Shown here piece after piece: positions 13,101 through 23,066 of a stretch of DNA of 46,524 bases. Source of the stretch: Catajapyx aquilonaris (lineage: Eukaryota); assembly GCA_000934665.2 (NCBI GenBank), contig JYFJ02003083.1, positions 1-46,524 on the forward strand. Reading direction: 5' to 3'. The notes under the pieces are model-generated. The model saw nothing but the letters and a program-made list of their open reading frames with translations, was not told the origin of the DNA and made no database searches. The first letter of the stretch is position 1. Every line of letters starts with the position of its first letter. A program made the position numbers and the translations under genes.

Positions 13101-16100
13101 GAGCCAAACACTGTCGGCTAGGGAATTTTATTTACTCGAATTGCAGCAATGCCACCGGGTGTTGCACAGCCCAAATTCCCCGTTCAAAAAGATATATGCA
13201 ATAAATATGTTAACATCCTGTTGCTCGGGTGAAAAATTTATATAATCATTAATTTTTCGCCTGTCTTGCCTGTCTCATTCACGAAAGGCGCTTCCAACGG
13301 ATGAATCTTTTTAAACAAGTTGCTGGGTCAAACAAGACTTCGTGCATCATCAATTGCTATACATATGTACTACCTTATATACACCTTGATGAAGGCAGTA
13401 CCTGTACGCGGTACCGTTTCTGCTGCAGCTTATTATTCCGGGAATTTCGCGGAGGCAATGGAACATCCAAATATGCCAGATGCAGAGATTGATGTAATTA
13501 TTGTTGTTTGGCGCAGGTTGCACAACTGCTGCTATTACTCTACGATGAGTGTTGGCCTTGTCATTTATATTGCAGGAAAATAAATAACAGGAAAATGCAC
13601 AGCTTAAATTATACAAACCTGTATTGTAACCAACCGATGTCATAGTGATGTCAGTTGCACCACCACACAGCACACAACCTTCTGCTGTCTTTCAAAAAGG
13701 ACATACATTCGTTTCAACATACCTTATCTGAAGTGGTCCAACAATTAGGCGTGTTAACCGTTGGATTTTTTTTTGAAATTGCATGTACTACGCGACAACT
13801 AGGTGCGCCCAGTGAATCGCTGACACACTTGTACATATTTTGCAGATGTTTATTGTATAGTAACTTGACTGGTAAAGTGACTAGGAAAGGTGTGAATGGC
13901 CTTGCTGAAGCCTGGAACCCGCGCGAGCCTTTTTGTGAGGCTGCATTACTTACCACCCTTAATGAGTGACTCGGAAGTGATCATACCAGGCAATAACCTG
14001 CTGCGTATAATTTTAACCAATATCTTATTCAAAATAATCTAGAGTTTCTCCAACCAGTCTGCATGACCTTTTAAGCCACTCTTGACCCTGATGTCACGTT
14101 TGCGCATATTAATGAGAGCACCATTTTAAAATAACACTGTTAGGACATTGGAAACACATTTTACCACACACCACACTGCGCATTTTCAAAGGTACACTTA
14201 GTGTGTTGTTGCACGTGATGTTCCACCTGAATTGTCCTCATTCACACATTTTTGGTACTAAGCTGCTGCTTATTACTAAAACCATCCGATCGCTACTTCT
14301 AAGGCCAGAAAAATTAGCTATTTATATTGGGTTTTAATGCTACGCAATAGTTATAATTATTGTCTGTTGCTGCGAGGTGTGACACACTGTTTTGATTTCT
14401 TTTTTATTGAGTTTTTATTAGCAGCATTTTTTTTGCCGCTGGAGCTGTGTAAGAAAGGAGCCAAAATTTTGGTAATTTCATGAGGCGTTGCAGTTGGAAC
14501 ACCCTGCACACATACACATGCAAAGTAAGAGCAATATTCTCGTATATTGTACTGTACTGTACACATATGTGATATGCCTCGAAGCAATTAGCACGTGCCA
14601 CGAGCAGCAGACCTGCGTTGCCACACATTTGCACACGAATCTTGAAATCAATAGCATTGTTATTGTGTGTATTGATTTTGCATATTATGATGGAGTGACC
14701 ATTAGTATATGTCGGTCATGTGTGTGGGTCACCTTTGACCTAACCCCCACAAAATGTCGTGCGACCTAGAATGATGGGGACGTTGTCGTCCTCGTCGAGG
14801 AAGCTGTCCGTCCTGCCGGAAGAAACGGAAGAGTCCTGCTGGTGCCAGATGCAAGAGATGCCGTCTGCGCCGCTGTCGCTGCCTCCGTCGGTGGCGTCGG
14901 TTCCGTCGCAGGCTCCCCGTCCCCCTCCCTACCGACCCCCGCCAGATCCCTATCAGTCCAGGTCATTCGACAGCTACCTGTCGCCCCCGTGGGAGACACC
15001 TGGGAGAGGCGTCGGTTGGGCTGGGAGTCGGCAGGCGTCGGACCCCACCCCGACGTCGGCACCGTCCTCCCGACGCCCCTCGACCCCAAGGAGGGTCACT
15101 CTCCTACCGCCGCCCCCGTCCTCCCTGCGACGCCCTCTGCAAGTGGCATCCCCGACGCCTCCTCCGCCAGAAGACGACGACGACGACGACGACGAAGAGG
15201 TGGCGTCGGTGGCGCCGCAATCCCCGCTGACTCCAATGTCGCCGACGTCGCCCGAGTCCCCGGCCTACAGCACCCCCCCAGAGTCGTACTCCCCCTGGGC
15301 GTCCCCCCCAATGTCGGCGGCCCTCGCACGACGACGCTCCACCGTCGTGGTCGTCGCCGACGTCGTGCCGCCTCCCAGGTCGACATCGAAATGAGTGGAG
15401 TTGTCGTATGCGCGTGTGTCACACTGTGTTGTGGTAGCGTCGGTGTTGCCCCCACGGATCTCGCAGGTCACTTTATTGTTCAGGTGCTGGAAAAAAGGAA
15501 ATGTTTGCGCGCCCTAAAGCAATGCTCAAAAAAAAAAGAGACGGCTCTTTTAAAAATATATATATTATATTGCAAATTTTGTTAGAAAATTGGTGCTTAT
15601 TGGGCCTGTATATGAAAAAGAGGCACCCTTTTAACTCATGTAAGTTGGTGACCTGAATGGCATTTTTATTAGAGTTTGATTTTTGGTAAACTTTGATTTG
15701 CGACTGCGTTTGTATTTGTTTGCGAGGGTACCATTCACATGGGCTATTTTCCTCTTTGCCATGTTACTATGCAATCATGCCAATAGGTGATATTAATTTT
15801 TCTGTAGGCATGTTGCGTCCTTTTCCTTCAGTTTTTTTTTAAATACTTATAACCGAAGTGACAACTGGGAAGTCCAGATGAATGGTACCCTCAAGCACGA
15901 CTCTCTTCGAAATGACGTCACTCCTGATATACGCAAGGTTTGCTGACGGCTTTTCGAAGAAAAAAAAAACGTCATTTTTACAACGTGAGTAATAAAATTT
16001 TTGAGCCCAGATGAATGGTGTGCCCCACTCTCTATAAGTTTCTGAATGCGTTTTGTGTACTGAACCGAATGCCCGTAGGGACCTGTTTGTTTACTTTATC

Positions 16101-19100
16101 GATGTGGATCGATGTTGTCGGTTTGTTCGCACTTGATGTATTATGCAGTATTGCACGTATTATTATTATTACATGGCACAGCATGTGTTGATGTTGGTGT
16201 GATGCAGCATATAGATTTCGTTAATATATATTTTTTTGTAATCGAACTTGGTGATATAATTTGTTTTGTTTTGCAACAGGACTCGCGATGGAAGCCCCGA
16301 CGCCGAAGACGCTGTCGACGGCAGGAGCAAGCGGCTTCGACGCAAAGGCGTTTGTTCCTCAATCACTCAGGTAAGGTCTGATGATTTTAGTCGATTTCGA
16401 CGAATTATCGTCCATCAATGTGTTCCGACATGTGTCCATACAAATTTGTCAAAAATGTTCGGAGATTTGCTGCTGGTCTGTACCCAGTGTATATCCAGTG
16501 TAAAAATAACCGCGATTTTTTTTCTGCTTTTTTCGGAATTTTACCACCCAGAGCGCGGAGGAAAGGCGCCAGAACGAGTCGAACGTGGATAGTCCGCAGT
16601 TGCTCCGAACCAGAAGCAGACGACGCAGTGGATCCGGTAAGGCGCGTCGATGTGCGTCTATTTGACGTCGCGGAAATAACGCGTTCGATTTTATTGTCAG
16701 CAGGTGCTAGCAGCTTGATCCAGAGAGCTGGAGCCGTGGACCTGAGCGAGATGGAAGGCGACACCAGCACCCCGACGACCAGCGTCGTTCCAGCCAGTCC
16801 GGACGACGACGACAAGGCTCAAGTGTCGTCATCTGCCCCGTCCTTTCCAAGCCTTCCAGACGCCGTTCTCAGGCGTCTGGGCGTACATCGAGCATCTACC
16901 GTCGAGTAAGTGTGTGGCGGCAGACCCATGGCCATGAAAAACGAGGTTATAACAGTCTCAAAACGGTGGGGGTGTTGCGTCTTGTTTTGCAAAAATAAAC
17001 CGCCCGTTTCCGCACTTACTAAATTTTCCCAGCCAGGGCCCGGGTGCTAACTAACAGGTGCACCTTGTTGCAAATGGTGCTGCCTATGCAAATAAATCTG
17101 GTTGAGGTTTTAGCTATCCTCCGAACCGGCTTCTTTACACGCCAATTTTTGGTCAGCTCTCACTTTGACTTGTTTCTCTTTTGCAGCAATAATCTTCTGT
17201 CGGAAAAGGAACTGGAGGTGAAGTTTATTCTTACTTTTCTCTGTACATATTGGCATACATTACATATTGATGTTTCGTCCATTAGAGTAAGTTCACATCG
17301 TTGGCTCTTGCTTTCCGCACCGACCGACTGACACTGTCGGAGCGTCTGGAGCTTCAACGACGTCAGCGCGATCTGGCCGAGAACCATGTGGAAGAGGAGC
17401 TGAGGCAACTGAGGGCAGCTCTGGGTTGGCTGACCCAGCTGCTGGGAGGCGTCAGTAGCGTCGGGGCTGAGGCTGGAGAGGCGCTGAGTCGTGCTAGACG
17501 TCTGGTGGAGTCTGTCAGCTGGGCGTCGTCCAGGTCGTCTGGAGCGTCGGAGGTGTGGGGCGCCGTGCAGCAGGAGGAGAAGGTGGCGGGGGTGGTCAGC
17601 GCCATGCTCCTGCACGTGGACGTCCTCCAACGCCGACACAGGAAGATCACAGCCGAGCTGGAAGACGCCAGGCAGATGCTTCTGGACGTCGGGACATCAG
17701 CGGCGGCTCATCCGGCCGCGCCTTCCAACGCCGACGACGTCACAATCAGCAGGTTGGATCACCTCCTGGTCACATCAGCCGGACCCAACTCCTCCAAACT
17801 GGTGCGTATCATCCTGCCTCTGTTTGCGAAACATTTACGATCGAGTGTTTCGATCATTTCTGATTCAATGTCAATGAAACGAATCGAACCCATTGCTATA
17901 TAGTTGAAGGGTTCGGAGAGGCGCCGAGCCAGCATCGCCGCTATCCCGAGGTCACTTTGGACCGTGTCAGGGTCGCCAGCGGGTGTCTCAGAAATCGCAC
18001 GTGTACCACTGGTGATGGTGAGCTAACCCTTCATTTTTTTCTTCCCTTTTGCAAGCCGCTCTCTGGAATGGCAAATAAGAAAGGAGGAACTCAGTCCAGG
18101 TGAGGCCATGACCTGCCCACTTTTGTTTATTGCCACCCCCCATTTTACACACCACCCTGATCCTTAACCCCCTTCACTAACTCCACGCACCCACCCACGC
18201 ACCAATCCTAACCTGTATCTAGAGAGGACGTGTTGGAAGAAAAGGCAGCAGCCTCAGCATGAGCGTGAGTTCCGCCCATGGTAGTGACCTTCTGGCCATC
18301 AGACGTCGGTCATCAGCAGTGCTGCCGGTGCACAGCCCGTAAGTTGCAATCAAAGCTCATCAGGTAGACAATATTTCGACTGTTCTAATAACTGGCAGGA
18401 TATGCACGCTGAGTCCATCTGAGGAGGCTGAACGGACGCGGATGCTGAAGGAGGAGGAGGAGGATGAAGAGGTGAAGCCCGAGGAGACCAGTGGTGTGAC
18501 CGAGAACGAAGAGGACGCTGAGGAAGTGGATGAGGAGGAGGACGAGTCTTCCAGAGGATCCCAACTGCTGCTGCTTTTGTATGTTTCATCTTCTGTCCAA
18601 TACCTTAATCGACATATTGCTATAACATTGTCTTGGTGCAGGAGCGAAGAGGAGCTGAATATGGCGGCCAGTGAGAATAAGGCGGTGGTGCTGGAAGAGG
18701 ATGAGAATGGAGAGAAGATGAAGAGGTTTTGGGCCCAGCAGCAGGAGGACGATGAGGAAGACGAGGAAGACAGGTTCTACGCCGCATATGCCTCTTTCGC
18801 CTCCTGGTTAGTTAACACTCCGACACGAACACTATGGAATAAAAAATACACACTGGCCAATGCATGCAATACCGGGCAGTATGAGATTTTTATGCCTCCA
18901 AAAAAGCTCGTTGTCGTGACTCTTTCAGGCGCAAGAAGTTCCGTCGTTGGAAGGCCAAGGCGGCCGCGTCAACCCAGCTGACCTCCCGCTGGTGGAGGTC
19001 CCAGTGGTCATCGGCCGGAGGTCACCACCGCAGCAGTCGAGGCGCGATCGAGGGAGAGGAAACGGCGATGGTGAAGAGCCTGAGGATCGGCGCCGCTGCC

Positions 19101-19217
19101 CTTCTCGTCCTCCTGGCCCTGCTCTGCATGGCCGCCTCCTTGGTCACCTCCTCCCCACTCCCTCACCTGTCCGTCATGGTGCCCCAGGTCAGGCATTTCT
19201 TCCCACCTGCAGTGTGA
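1010..19217 (+). CDS. Futile cycle/LRMP(IRAG2)/KASH5-like outer nuclear membrane protein (EF-hand, coiled coil, MRVI1/IRAG domain, TM, KASH-like tail); 21 coding exons, about 1317 aa
   Basis: Hand-spliced exons with consistent phases: 1010-1171, 1269-1404, 5215-5458, 5981-6124, 6614-7244, 7668-7742, 7804-7840, 7914-8019, 10057-10132, 11421-11852, 12668-12786, 16280-16370, 16552-16636, 16701-16905, 17187-17217, 17286-17801, 17904-18017, 18223-18338, 18399-18578, 18642-18806, 18929-19217. Total 3954 nt, open frame ending TGA. An in-frame upstream ATG lies at 986. Domain motifs are given in the exon entries. Confidence 0.8.
1269..1404 (+). CDS. LRMP/KASH5-like gene, exon 2
   Basis: TTTAATAG acceptor, GC-rich open frame APSSAAVLMMDRD...ILGLS, CAG|GTATAT donor; phase 1 matches exon 3. 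Confidence 0.65.
1649..1756. mobile_element. Short palindromic MITE, family copy 1
   Basis: GGGTGGAATTTTCGTCCCATTGCTAGTTACTGCTAA...TTAGCAGTAACTAGCAGTGAGACAAAAATTCCAC; second copy at 34511. Confidence 0.75.
2914..3029. repeat. Inverted repeat or small MITE
   Basis: CCAGTTGTATATGAAAGCAAATTAAGAGGAA...TTCTTTAATTTGCTTTCATACTGTACAACCGG. Confidence 0.55.
5215..5458 (+). CDS. Exon 3: KASH5-type EF-hand pair
   Basis: EDAVSEAAFESCELGRTGAASVTCLLQCLQ...AAVRWDDFQPLVTRWM aligns by eye to the KASH5 EF-hand pattern (FEACD..RTG.V.V..VL.YL...VDLDTF..VMRDW). Confidence 0.8.
5981..6124 (+). CDS. Exon 4: acidic linker
   Basis: TTTAG acceptor, TG|GTACGT donor, phase 2-2, within ORF 5955-6167. Confidence 0.75.
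6614..7244 (+). CDS. Exon 5: about 190-aa coiled coil ending in SSLHAEI
   Basis: E/Q/L/K-rich heptad ORF 6630-7310, TTACAG acceptor, CAG|GTCAGA donor. Confidence 0.88.
7316..7553. mobile_element. MITE-like element with degenerate TIRs
   Basis: TGAAGACCTCGGGGGAA...CAAGGTCCA versus TGGACCTTGTTCCCTCGAGGTCTTCA. Confidence 0.55.
7668..8019 (+). CDS. Exons 6-8 (7668-7742, 7804-7840, 7914-8019)
   Basis: Three short exons with canonical GT/AG sites (GTAAGT, GTAAGA, GTGAGT) and compatible phases. Confidence 0.7.
10057..10132 (+). CDS. Exon 9
   Basis: TTTTTCAG acceptor, GAG|GTAAGA donor, GC-rich island in AT-rich intron, phase 2-0. Confidence 0.75.
11421..11852 (+). CDS. Exon 10: short coiled coil and TQT motif
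   Basis: TTTCAG acceptor; frame of ORF 11430-11945 (EVRAQVRKELAALSAQIQRTE...CVATQTE); donor GTGAGA. Confidence 0.8.
12668..12786 (+). CDS. Exon 11
   Basis: CCTGCAG acceptor, EQPVLSEFRNHETDQVDYF...EEEDDL, AG|GTCAGT donor. Confidence 0.75.
14770..15394 (+). CDS. Alternative Pro/Ser-rich exon of the LRMP-like gene (cassette to 15378, terminal to TGA 15394, or alternative first exon)
   Basis: Very GC-rich 200-codon ORF (MMGTLSSSSRKLSVLPEE...). CTAAC branch-like site and CTAG acceptor in phase 2; weak AG|GTCGAC donor in phase 2 at 15378/15379. Confidence 0.6.
15724..15892. mobile_element. MITE with GAG...CTC termini (Sola-like)
   Basis: GAGGGTACCATTCACATGG...CCAGATGAATGGTACCCTC; another CCAGATGAATGGT end at about 16007. 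Confidence 0.55.
16280..17217 (+). CDS. Exons 12-15 (16280-16370, 16552-16636, 16701-16905, 17187-17217): start of the MRVI1/IRAG homology
   Basis: FPSLPDAVLRRLGVHR...LSEKELE resembles the IRAG1 segment PNISDVLLRKLRVHR...LTEKEVE; canonical splice sites. Confidence 0.8.
17286..18017 (+). CDS. Exons 16-17 (17286-17801, 17904-18017): MRVI1/IRAG/LRMP coiled-coil domain
   Basis: FTSLALAFRTDRLTLSERLELQRRQRDLAENHVEEEL and E..GAVQQEEKV...V..MLLHV match the IRAG/LRMP signature (LSLAF..D..TLE.R....ER.R.L.EEN...E; GAI.QE.RVSKA.EVM.QHV), followed by RRRASIAAIP. Confidence 0.9.
18223..18806 (+). CDS. Exons 18-20 (18223-18338, 18399-18578, 18642-18806): acidic juxtamembrane region
   Basis: Canonical splice sites, phase 0-2-2-2, Glu/Asp-rich like the IRAG pre-TM region. 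Confidence 0.78.
18929..19217 (+). CDS. Last exon: TM helix and KASH-like luminal peptide
   Basis: Frame absent from the ORF track: WRKKFRRWKAK...MVKSLRIGAAALLVLLALLCMAASLVTSSPLPHLSVMVPQVRHFFPPAV*; TTTCAG acceptor; AATAAA at 19365. Confidence 0.85.
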
Positions 19218-19364
19218 CACATCCCTCATCCCCTCACCACAAAAAAAGAACTTTTATCAAAAAAACGTTTGTTATTTGACTCTCATCGTTCCCTGTTAAT
19301 ATTGTCGTTAACGATGACTGTTACATCATATCTTCAATACCATTATTATTATTATTATTGTAGG

Positions 19365-19370
19365 AATAAA
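19365..19370 (+). terminator. Polyadenylation signal of the LRMP/KASH5-like gene
   Basis: AATAAA about 150 nt after the stop codon. Confidence 0.55.
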
Positions 19371-19439
19371 GACCTACCCCAAACAAGCTGGCATTTATTC
19401 AGTGAACATGTGTTTGGCTCGCTCGTTATACTTTCTTAA

Positions 19440-19781
19440 GAATTTGAGAGGTGAAAAATTCACTCACAAATGACGGCGTATTCCCAACATATTTTGGTTT
19501 GCCAGCGCGGATAACGAGGACGTCATCGTATGACCAAACACACACATAAAAAAATCTGGAGACTGGTCAGGTACTCGCGAAAAATTCACTCAAAGGAAAA
19601 TGCTACTATTGAGTGAATTTCACTCTACAAAGATTTAATTACTTTAACTCAAATCGAGTGGAGATTTACTCCCAAAGAAGAGTGAAAATAAGCGGGAGAC
19701 TGAAATTATCACTCAATATGAGTGATTTTGACTCAAAACGAGTGGAAGTCAAAATCAATCACTCGATCATTTTTAGAGTTG
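19440..19781. repeat. Degraded foldback-like element rich in CACTC/GAGTG motifs
   Basis: Many short TCACTC/GAGTGA inverted motifs, ending TTTTTAGAGTTG. Confidence 0.4.
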
Positions 19782-20640
19782 AAAATATGATATAAGGACA
19801 GAGTCTGTGTGATGTGGTGACCTTATCGGACAGGTATGTACAGCGTCTGGCTCATCACCTTTGACCACCCAAGTCCCAACCAAATTTTTTTGCATTGCCC
19901 GCCATTTTCTCTTATCCGGCTTGTAGTCCAATCACCGCCCAGCATCACAACCAGCGCATGCGTGCTTGTGGCTCTCCTGACAGTTTATACGTCCCAAGAT
20001 CCGCCATCTGATTGGTCACTTGGTCAGCACATTGCATATGTAAACAACCAGTATCGATACCTAGATATCGATATAGTGTTTAAAATATCGATATTCCCTT
20101 GTTCTTTTTCTCTCCCCGCTCCCCTCCCCTCCTCACCGACGCCCTCCCCCTACTCCCCTAGCAGCGTTCTATTCTGACGACACTTTGTGGACTGGTCGGA
20201 CGTACAGGCTTCGAAGGACTCCGTACCGTTCCCCCCCATCCCCGGTAGGTGCAGCCCGTACTCACCCTCCGTACCCTCATGGCGTAGGGCTGATTAGAAG
20301 GAAATAAGGGACAGTTCCATTTCGGGGGAGCGACAAAAACGGGGGAGTATTTGGGACTAGGCCTAGGTCATGGAACGGTATGGAAATAGGGTTCCAGGTA
20401 TGGATGGGCTCCAGACCCTTCCAAAAGAAAAAAAGGCTAATTAGCTAGCTTAAACCCTAATATTAACACAATGAGCAATGAAATTATGGCACTGCGGAGG
20501 ACTCATTTGCCGACTCATTGCAGCGGAATGCGAGTAGTGCGGTGGGTTGAAAAGTTGTAGCAATAGGATGCTGTAAAAAGCCGTCAATACATATGGCTGT
20601 GTTTCAACACCTTGTAGTATGTTGCATCAGAGAAAATATT

Positions 20641-20746
20641 GGGGGTGGGTTCATCAAATGTTGTTCGTCGTAACCGGTAGTAACCACAGTTTGTTAATTA
20701 TTGTTACGACTGTTTATGACGAACGACATTTGATGAATCCACCCCC
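20641..20746. mobile_element. Small palindromic MITE
   Basis: GGGGGTGGGTTCATCAAATGTTGTTCGTCGTAA...TTATGACGAACGACATTTGATGAATCCACCCCC. Confidence 0.7.
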
Positions 20747-20819
20747 TGGCTGATTGGGATACGTGAGGAGTTGGAACAAAGGACGGGTGGATTCCGGGAT
20801 GGGCTCAACGTGACAGTAA

Positions 20820-21298
20820 GGCCCGGCGCAAACGAGGGGATTTCGAGGGGGGAACCGAATGCATTCAGCGTGTGTACAGTGCTGGACATATTAGCCGTCG
20901 CTGAATGTTTTTTTCCGGCGGCTGCGGCGGGGGCGTTACCTGGCAACCCTGTCCGGCGGGCCAATTCAAACATCAGCCCATGGGGAGCGCTTCCATTGTT
21001 GCCACTGTTTACAAATTGAACGAGTGACGCGGACGACCCAGCGACGAGTCTCTTCTGCCTGCGCACTCACTCACTCGATTTGTAAACAGTGGCAACAATG
21101 GAAGCGCTCTCCATGGGCTGATGTTTGAATTGGCCCGCCGGACAGGGTTGCCAGGTAACGCCGCCGCTGCAGCCGCCGGAAAAAAACATTCAGCGACGGC
21201 TAGTATGTCCAGCACTGTACCAGGAGCATGTCCAGATTTCTAACAACGCTTGAGACCTCAACTTTTCCCTCTCGAATCCCCCTCGTTTGCGGCAGGCC
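20820..21298. mobile_element. Harbinger-type MITE interrupted by the 20877-21217 element
   Basis: TAA|GGCCCGGCGCAAACGAGGGGATTTCGAG...CTCGAATCCCCCTCGTTTGCGGCAGGCC|TAA. Confidence 0.75.
20877..21217. mobile_element. Foldback MITE with about 145-bp near-perfect TIRs and TA target duplication
   Basis: TA|CAGTGCTGGACATA...TATGTCCAGCACTG|TA; mirror ORFs 20771-21019(+) and 21009-21215(-) share the same peptide. Confidence 0.9.
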
Positions 21299-21800
21299 TA
21301 ATGTGATACCAAATTCAGAGATGCTTTCCATTGTATTGGATTTTTGTTGGCTGTTTTTGTTCCAGTCCTTTTTGTTCCAACCGCTTTTAATCGGGTGGGA
21401 AGAGATGCATTCACCAGTTCGCAGGAACTTTTTTTTAAAATTGTTTTTATTTATTGGGGTAACCCCATAATTGTGGGCTGATGCGTGATGATGTTTACTC
21501 ATATTGTTGCATGAGGGCATCTCCAGGTAATCTGCTTTTAAAGTTAAACCACTATTGCTTCCATAGGTTGGGCGCAAACAGGGAACTTTGATCGAGGCAA
21601 CCTTGAGCCAAAATCTGAGTAGCTTGGCAGGGATTTTGATACCATATGTGTGCAGGTTTCCTAGGCAACTTTGAGGCAGAGCTTCCTGGCACGTGCAGGG
21701 TTTTTTTCATCCCGGCTGGTTGCTCAGGCAACAAGTCTCTCCCTAATAATTGCCCTTTTGCACCCGGCCTTATGATACAAAGGATGGATTTAATTTTAAA

Positions 21801-22144
21801 AATAATAATTGGGGTTAGTGGACAGCCCAACGAAGGGCATCTGGCACAGTACCTTTATTATGCTTCAGATGTACAAGCTTACAAGTGGTCCTTTTCCGTA
21901 ACGCCTGGGTGCCGCGAGTGAAGAGGGGGTTGACTGGGAGGGGATGTGCAAAGTGCAAGTCTCACACGGTACATTTTGTGAACTCCTCTGGGTGGATTAG
22001 TCTGTCGGAGATTCCACCCAAGACGAAGCCAGAGACGACCCAACTCTGCACGAGATGAAGGGGGGAATGCCCGAGCTTGGTATCGAACCCGGGACCCTTA
22101 CATCCGTGGGCGCGTACGTTACCGCAGTGCCACTCCACCTCCCC
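21801..22144 (-). mobile_element. tRNA-derived SINE, full-length copy with (ATT)n tail
   Basis: Minus strand GGGGAGGTGGAGTGGCACTGCGG (box A) ... GGTTCGATACC (box B); body shared with the 30256-30543 copy; ends ...CCCCAATTATTATT. Confidence 0.8.
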
Positions 22145-23066
22145 AGTAAAGAAGCAATTTGATCAGCAATGAAATCTGATGTCATTACACAAGCTATTGC
22201 ACTTGCAGATTTGTGTAGGTATGGGCATCTCCCACCCAAAGGACAATGGGAAGGAGACAAAAGACATTCAGGTTGTGCTTGTGTGTTATTGGCGAGGAGA
22301 CTCCCAAGGATAGTAGATTCCTACTCACTCGTACTCCACTCTCGATTCTTGGAGAGAGTCGGCGTGTCGCTAAGGCCACCGATAAATGCCTCCTTTTGAT
22401 TGTTGGAGTACTCCTTGGCAGGAGAAATTCCTGTGCTCATGCTGAAGCTAAATGTAAACAATCGGGTCCCGTCCTGTCACTAGATGCTGCCACAGCACTG
22501 CCACCTGAACATCTTGCGTGCTGCAGCCTCATTTGTCAGTTTGTCCATGAAGCCATGGCTACATCGATGCAACATCACCATCATCCATTTCAAACAGACC
22601 TTAGCATTGTCATGAGCGATACTCTCCCTTCAAAAAAGAGCGTGCTACTTTCGGCCTAAAATGTTGCTTTCATTGCTAACCAAATAGCTCCTTTGTAAAT
22701 GCAGTATTACTGAGACATTTTACACATGATAGTGTGAACATGTTTTAATGTGCAGCTAGCAAGTGAAATAAGTCAGTGATCAGCTTTACAGCAGTGGTCT
22801 GGAACCAAACCTCCATGTCAGTGAGGTGTGCCCAGCCCCCCCGTTACTCCTACAATACGGTAGTTTAATTACGGAATCTCCGCCAGACCCTGAATTTGGA
22901 GCTGTTGCCGCTCCACAGGAATTGATCTCTGTCAACCACCCGAATCCTAGTGTGCAAACTCCCTCAGAGGAAAGGATAGTTTGGGTTGGTTCAGAAGGAG
23001 TCCGCCCGAATCCTACCCCTAATAGATTCCTGTGGGGCTGGGCAAGAGCCGAGAGTTTGTAATTAT

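Noticed and set aside
14766..15585. Arg-rich 247-aa ORF (14842-15585) and antisense ORFs
   Set aside because: Alternative frames of the GC-rich Pro/Ser exon; the poly-Arg comes from the GAC repeat.
18947..19279. 110-aa ORF over the last exon
   Set aside because: Wrong frame; the phase-correct frame encodes the TM and KASH-like tail.
20704..21215. Mirror ORFs with an identical peptide (LDILAVAECFFPAAAA...)
   Set aside because: They result from the MITE inverted repeats; no splice or codon evidence for a gene.
22070..22144. Possible tRNA gene
   Set aside because: A and B boxes are present but there is no proper acceptor stem, and it continues into a repeated SINE body.
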